Origin: an uncultured Parvularcula sp.
GTDB lineage: Bacteria; Pseudomonadota; Alphaproteobacteria; Caulobacterales; Parvularculaceae
Reading direction: 5' to 3'
NCBI GenBank assembly: GCA_963922235.1
Contig: CAWUIJ010000001.1
Coordinates: 1 to 54,456, forward strand
Length of the DNA: 54,456 nt
Below, in pieces: positions 50,716 to 54,456 of the stretch. The position numbers and the translations under genes were made by a program. The stretch's first letter is position 1; each line of letters opens with the position of its first letter. The notes under the pieces are model-generated. The model was given only the letters and a program-made list of their open reading frames with translations, was not told the origin of the DNA and searched no databases.

Positions 50716-51246
50716 CTAAAGCGAGGCCAGATCCTCGCTTTGCTCCTGAGCGCCGGAGGCCGTCGTCTGCTCGACATCGGGCGCACGGTGCCAGATCAAG
50801 GTTTTACAAATAGGCCCTAAGCAACCCGAAACGGATAATATATCATTTGAAATAAGTTCTATACGAGCGCGATAGGTCCGGCCGTCTTCGGGGTTGTAGA
50901 TGCTCCCCTTCTGCCAACAGCCATCTTCCTTTGCTTTAAAGCCACTGAGGAGGCTCATACCGATAATGGGGCGGTTTCGGAGGGTGTGGTCACGATTGTT
51001 GGCATCGAGGACCTGGTCGTCGACCTCGGGGCTCAGCCACTGGACAAATCCGCAAGGCGTACCGTTGCCGCAATCTTCAATGGCCACGATCGAGCTGCGA
51101 TCGTCGGTGTACCATTGTCCGGCGACCTCGAGGTCAGCAGCCTGAGAGGCGGAGAATGCACAGAAAAAGAAAGTTGCGGTGCCGCCGATGCCCCAAGCAC
51201 GCATAAGTCTCGTCCCAAATCCCTGTCGCTGTATTTTTGGCGTCAC
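50716..51246 (-). CDS. DUF2147 domain exported protein
   Basis: GQWYT, D.NN....R.RPIIG, GSIYNPEDGRTY, GCLGPICK...W. Confidence 0.88.
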   Translation of the reverse strand: MTPKIQRQGFGTRLMRAWGIGGTATFFFCAFSASQAADLEVAGQWYTDDRSSIVAIEDCGNGTPCGFVQWLSPEVDDQVLDANNRDHTLRNRPIIGMSLLSGFKAKEDGCWQKGSIYNPEDGRTYRARIELISNDILSVSGCLGPICKTLIWHRAPDVEQTTASGAQEQSEDLASL

Positions 51247-51406
51247 TTCGCCTGCGTCCGCAAGTCACATCTCAACGGATCCATCTCACTATTCCGTAAA
51301 GCATGATGAACGCATTGAACCGGCTGAGCGTTTGCTGGTGCTAAGGCTCTAGTCTTGCTAGGCGCCGCGCCCGGGACCAGGGCACTGGCCCAAAGGAGAG
51401 ACGATC

Positions 51407-52309
51407 GTGAGCACCGAAGAGACAGCTGGCCGGGTCAAACTGGCCGTTCAGAAGAAAGGCCGCTTGGCCGATGAGACCTTTGAGCTGTTGAAGCGCTGTG
51501 GTCTTTCGGTGAGCCAATCGAAAAGCCGCCTCTATGCTCGGATCTCTGAACTCCCCATCGACCTCCTTCTCGTCCGCGACGATGATATCCCAGCGCTCGT
51601 GGCCAGCGGAGCCAGCGATCTGGGCATCGTTGGCGGCAACGTCTTTGAAGAGGAGCGTTGCGCTGGCCGACTAAAAGACCGTGTGCCGATGGTGACCGAA
51701 CTTGGGTTTTCGCGCTGCCGGCTGTGTATCGCCGTCCCTAAAGAGCTCGACTATCGCGAGCCGCGTCATCTCAATGGTTTGAAGATTGCCACGTCTTATC
51801 CTGCGCTGACGGATAACTGGCTGGCGGAGCAGGGGGTTGAGGGCGCCGAGTCCGTGATCATGAACGGTGCGCACGAAATTGCCCCCCGGCTCGGTGTTGC
51901 CGATGCGGTCTGCGATATCGTCTCCACCGGTGCCACGCTTGAGACCAATGGGCTGGCCGTCGCCGAGACGATTTATCAGTCGCAGGCTTTGTTGATTGGC
52001 GGGGACTTCGCGAGTGCCCCCGCCAAAGCGGCAACAGCACGCGCTCTCCGCCTAAGGATTGAAGGCGTCCAGCGCAGCCGCGACGCGAAATACGTGATGC
52101 TGAACGCCCCTCGGTCGGCGCTTGATAAGATCACAGCCGTCTTGCCAGCGGCCGAGCGCCCAACGATCCTCGATCTCGCTGGCGAGAGCGACATGGTCGC
52201 TGTCCACACCGTCTGTCAGGAGGCCGTGGTCTGGGAGATGCTCGAGGAGCTCAAAGCGCTTGGCGCGAGCGCGATCCTCGTTCTCGATATCGACAAAATG
52301 CTGGCGTGA
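51407..52309 (+). CDS. hisG: ATP phosphoribosyltransferase (long form)
   Basis: AVQKKGRL, VRDDDIP, IATSYP, DIVSTGATL; C-terminal regulatory domain present. Confidence 0.98.
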   Translation: MSTEETAGRVKLAVQKKGRLADETFELLKRCGLSVSQSKSRLYARISELPIDLLLVRDDDIPALVASGASDLGIVGGNVFEEERCAGRLKDRVPMVTELGFSRCRLCIAVPKELDYREPRHLNGLKIATSYPALTDNWLAEQGVEGAESVIMNGAHEIAPRLGVADAVCDIVSTGATLETNGLAVAETIYQSQALLIGGDFASAPAKAATARALRLRIEGVQRSRDAKYVMLNAPRSALDKITAVLPAAERPTILDLAGESDMVAVHTVCQEAVVWEMLEELKALGASAILVLDIDKMLA

Positions 52310-52366
52310 AGAGCCAAGCTAGACGTTGACGCAGGGCCAAACCATCGCCAATAGACCCATTCTTGG

Positions 52367-52441
<75 letters not shown>

Positions 52442-52553
52442 CCAACCCCGCATAAACACTGGCTTTCGCGATTTTCCTGGCGCTTCTTTGTAACGTCAAA
52501 AACGCCGGAACATGACGGAAACACTGCAGGGTGCTGGCACAGATCTGACACAC

Positions 52554-53555
52554 TCATTTCTCCATGGTCCAGCCGTGGGCCAGAACCCTCTCTTTGAGGT
52601 CAGGAGTCGCGTTCACGGCGTAGCGCTCCACGATGCCAACCGATGCCCAGCCGCCCTCATCACGCAGCCTGAGTAGGTCGCGATGCACAGCGTAGTGCCA
52701 TGTGGCGAATGTGTGTCGCAGGACGTGCGTCCCGAACTTCGGGAAGCCAGCGGCCAGTGCGATCCGGCGCCATGTCTTCGTGAACTGATAGCGCTTGTCA
52801 GGGGGGGCGTAGGGCGTCCCATTGGGTCGCTTGAGAACGAGACCGGTTTGGTCTTTGACGGTCTCCAAAGCTTGGACGACGCGGGGTTGCAGAAACAGCT
52901 CGTGCAGCTCTCGCTCGCCCTTGCTGATATCCATCCGGGCCATCTTATGTTCTGGCCACGTATCATCCCAGGTGAGGCGTCGGAGCATGTCTTCTTCGCG
53001 CTGGCCGAGCCCGACGAACAGGGTCAGCAGCCACGCATCATGCGGGTCCGCTGCGTTGATTCCTGCTTCGACTGTCTCGGGTGTGAGCCACGGAACGCGC
53101 TTCTGTTGCCGAGTGTGCCCCTTGGGCCGCCTTATCGCCGGTTTGCCGCACCAACCGATCTCGGCAGCGCAGTTAAGGGTGGCGAGAACAGGGGTGTAGA
53201 GCTGCCGATTGATCGTTCCGACCGATGCGCCATCTGGCCAAATGTCCTTGGCGATGTCCGTGAACCATTTCTTGTTGATCGACCGGATGGCGTCATGGCC
53301 GCCATACTCCAGGATCGGCCCCAGGAACTTACCTTCCCCGCCCTGATCAAGATAGACCTCGAAGGCCTCAGCGAGCGTTCTGCTCGCGTCCTCCCCGAGC
53401 AGAACCTTATCATCTAACTCGTTCTGCCACTTCTTGCAGAGTGCCTCTGCTACCCGTTTTTCAGTCGTTCCCGTACTCTTTCGAAAGCGCTTTCCGCCAA
53501 ATGATCCGACAACTTGCCAGTAGGGGCTGCCGGCCCTTTTTGTGATGTGGAGCAT
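52554..53555 (-). CDS. int: Phage tyrosine integrase
   Basis: Arm-binding N-terminus (YWQ...RKSTGT); catalytic R (GQREED), HVLRH, GGW, Y (ERY). Confidence 0.93.
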   Translation of the reverse strand: MLHITKRAGSPYWQVVGSFGGKRFRKSTGTTEKRVAEALCKKWQNELDDKVLLGEDASRTLAEAFEVYLDQGGEGKFLGPILEYGGHDAIRSINKKWFTDIAKDIWPDGASVGTINRQLYTPVLATLNCAAEIGWCGKPAIRRPKGHTRQQKRVPWLTPETVEAGINAADPHDAWLLTLFVGLGQREEDMLRRLTWDDTWPEHKMARMDISKGERELHELFLQPRVVQALETVKDQTGLVLKRPNGTPYAPPDKRYQFTKTWRRIALAAGFPKFGTHVLRHTFATWHYAVHRDLLRLRDEGGWASVGIVERYAVNATPDLKERVLAHGWTMEK

Positions 53556-53746
53556 GCTGGTTTCCGGAAGTAACGCGCCCGGACCTTCTGTATGTCTTCT
53601 TCTGTGAGGGCCCAATGGCCGGTGCCGCCATTCGTCTTGGCCCCGATGCCCTCAGTCGCGAGGAACTCCTTCAGCCGCGAAGCAGACATGCCCAGGCGCT
53701 CGGCAGCCTGGCGTGCATTGTAGCGTTCAGCAGCGGGGCGGGGCAT
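53450..53746 (-). CDS. Excisionase-like HTH protein
   Basis: YNARQAAERLGMS HTH; 3' end overlaps the integrase start. Confidence 0.75.
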   Translation of the reverse strand: MPRPAAERYNARQAAERLGMSASRLKEFLATEGIGAKTNGGTGHWALTEEDIQKVRARYFRKPACSTSQKGPAAPTGKLSDHLAESAFERVRERLKNG

Positions 53747-53955
53747 TATCCAGCGGCCTCCTGATCCGGCAAAAGTCTGTTGGCATCGATCCGCAGGGAT
53801 CGGACGATTTGAACGAAGTTATCAAAGCAGGGCTTCCTGGCGCCTCGCTCTAGATGCGCGATGTACGACTGCTCCAGCCCGCACCGCTTGCCGAGCTGCT
53901 CCTGCGTCATACCCTGTTCCTCGCGCGCGCTCTTCAGTTTGTCGCCAAAGGTCAT
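53746..53955 (-). CDS. XRE-family HTH regulator
   Basis: LKSAREEQGMTQEQLG..CGL.QSYIAHLERG. Confidence 0.92.
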   Translation of the reverse strand: MTFGDKLKSAREEQGMTQEQLGKRCGLEQSYIAHLERGARKPCFDNFVQIVRSLRIDANRLLPDQEAAG

Positions 53956-54141
53956 CCAGCGGCCTCCTTCTTCGCGGGCTCAGTCCCTGACGCCCCGATA
54001 TCGGGTATCGCGCATTTCAGTTTTAGCCATTCACAAAAGACTTTCTCAGTAAGCTCCGAAGACGGGGGTGTTCCTCGCTCCATGTCGGCGAGGGCATCCA
54101 CCACTTCTTTCACCGTTGGTGTGGTCATCCAGCGGCCTCCT
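53748..54141 (-). repeat. Three identical 15-bp gene-junction repeats AGGAGGCCGCTGGAT (53748-53762, 53954-53968, 54127-54141)
   Basis: Read directly; copies 2 and 3 share 19 bp; each encodes EAAG-stop and the next gene's RBS/start. Confidence 0.95.
53952..54128 (-). CDS. Small phage hypothetical protein (58 aa)
   Basis: AGGAGG RBS, ATGA overlaps at both ends. Confidence 0.75.
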   Translation of the reverse strand: MTTPTVKEVVDALADMERGTPPSSELTEKVFCEWLKLKCAIPDIGASGTEPAKKEAAG

Positions 54142-54337
54142 CCGGTGGTGCGGGGCAACGATACCAATACAGCCCGGCTACGTTCGTCGCGGGGTTAAGG
54201 TCGCAGTATCTCAACCACACTGGCTCGTTCCACTCCTGCCGCAAAAAGAGGAGCATCGTTGTGCGGGGGCACGTCGCGCGACCAGTCAGTGGGTCTAAGA
54301 CTGCAAGGTAGCCTTCAGGCGGTTGCCAGGTGGTCAT
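54125..54337 (-). CDS. Small phage hypothetical protein (70 aa)
   Basis: ATGA-coupled at both ends, ends in EAAG. Confidence 0.7.
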   Translation of the reverse strand: MTTWQPPEGYLAVLDPLTGRATCPRTTMLLFLRQEWNEPVWLRYCDLNPATNVAGLYWYRCPAPPEEAAG

Positions 54338-54456
54338 CGTTTCGCGCGCCTTTCTGGGGTTTTGTTCCGACCCACAAATTTCACATTGATTGGGCCACGG
54401 AGCGACCAGTCAAATTCCCAGTCCCTCCCACCGCAACCACCGCCATGGTCAAACTC
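54334..54456 (-). CDS. Phage hypothetical protein, C-terminal part only
   Basis: Open frame from the window edge (EFDHGGGCGGRDWEFDW...RAKR) ending in an ATGA overlap. Confidence 0.5.
   Translation of the reverse strand, partial: EFDHGGGCGGRDWEFDWSLRGPINVKFVGRNKTPERRAKR

Larger units (their letters stand above)
52442..54456. mobile_element. Left end of prophage/integrative element inserted at tRNA-Thr
   Basis: Integrase facing the tRNA 3' end, followed by excisionase-like, XRE-HTH and small phage-like ORFs; runs off the window. Confidence 0.85.

Noticed and set aside
52508-52522. GAAC-N7-AAAC LexA-like site near the att region
   Set aside because: It has a mismatch and a GC-containing spacer, and lies downstream of both the tRNA and int, so there is no promoter to control.
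53748-54141. Prophage 15-bp repeats as a CRISPR array or integron attC sites
   Set aside because: The repeats are too short and non-palindromic, and the intervening sequences are whole genes of about 170-200 bp.

Overview
This is a GC-rich alphaproteobacterial chromosome segment; divK-pleD, rcdA, lpxI and the gene order suggest a Caulobacterales/Parvularculales-like organism (inference). Most of it is core genome: recQ (partial), aroC, pdxH, the rpsB-tsf-pyrH-frr-uppS-cdsA-dxr-rseP-bamA-lpxD-fabZ-lpxA-lpxI-lpxB cluster, dinB, divK-pleD, glnA, plsY-pyrB-ruvX, gatCAB, rsmA-pdxA-surA, fatty-acid degradation genes and hisG. The window ends in the left arm of a prophage/integrative element at tRNA-Thr(GGT). 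The strongest novelty candidate is a two-gene insert splitting the conserved pyrH-frr pair. It has an SOS-box-like site, a Trypco2-like beta-hairpin protein, and a CRISPR-less Cas4-like Fe-S nuclease interrupted by a transmembrane helix with a possible internal start. Also notable: an identical 15-bp RBS/stop-start junction repeat at three consecutive prophage genes, an AT-rich orphan gene with a decayed neighbour near 6.6-7.5 kb, a secreted gluzincin overlapping ruvX head-to-head, and a hybrid kinase coupled to an orphan PstS-like protein. All family calls come from motif recognition by eye; no searches were run.
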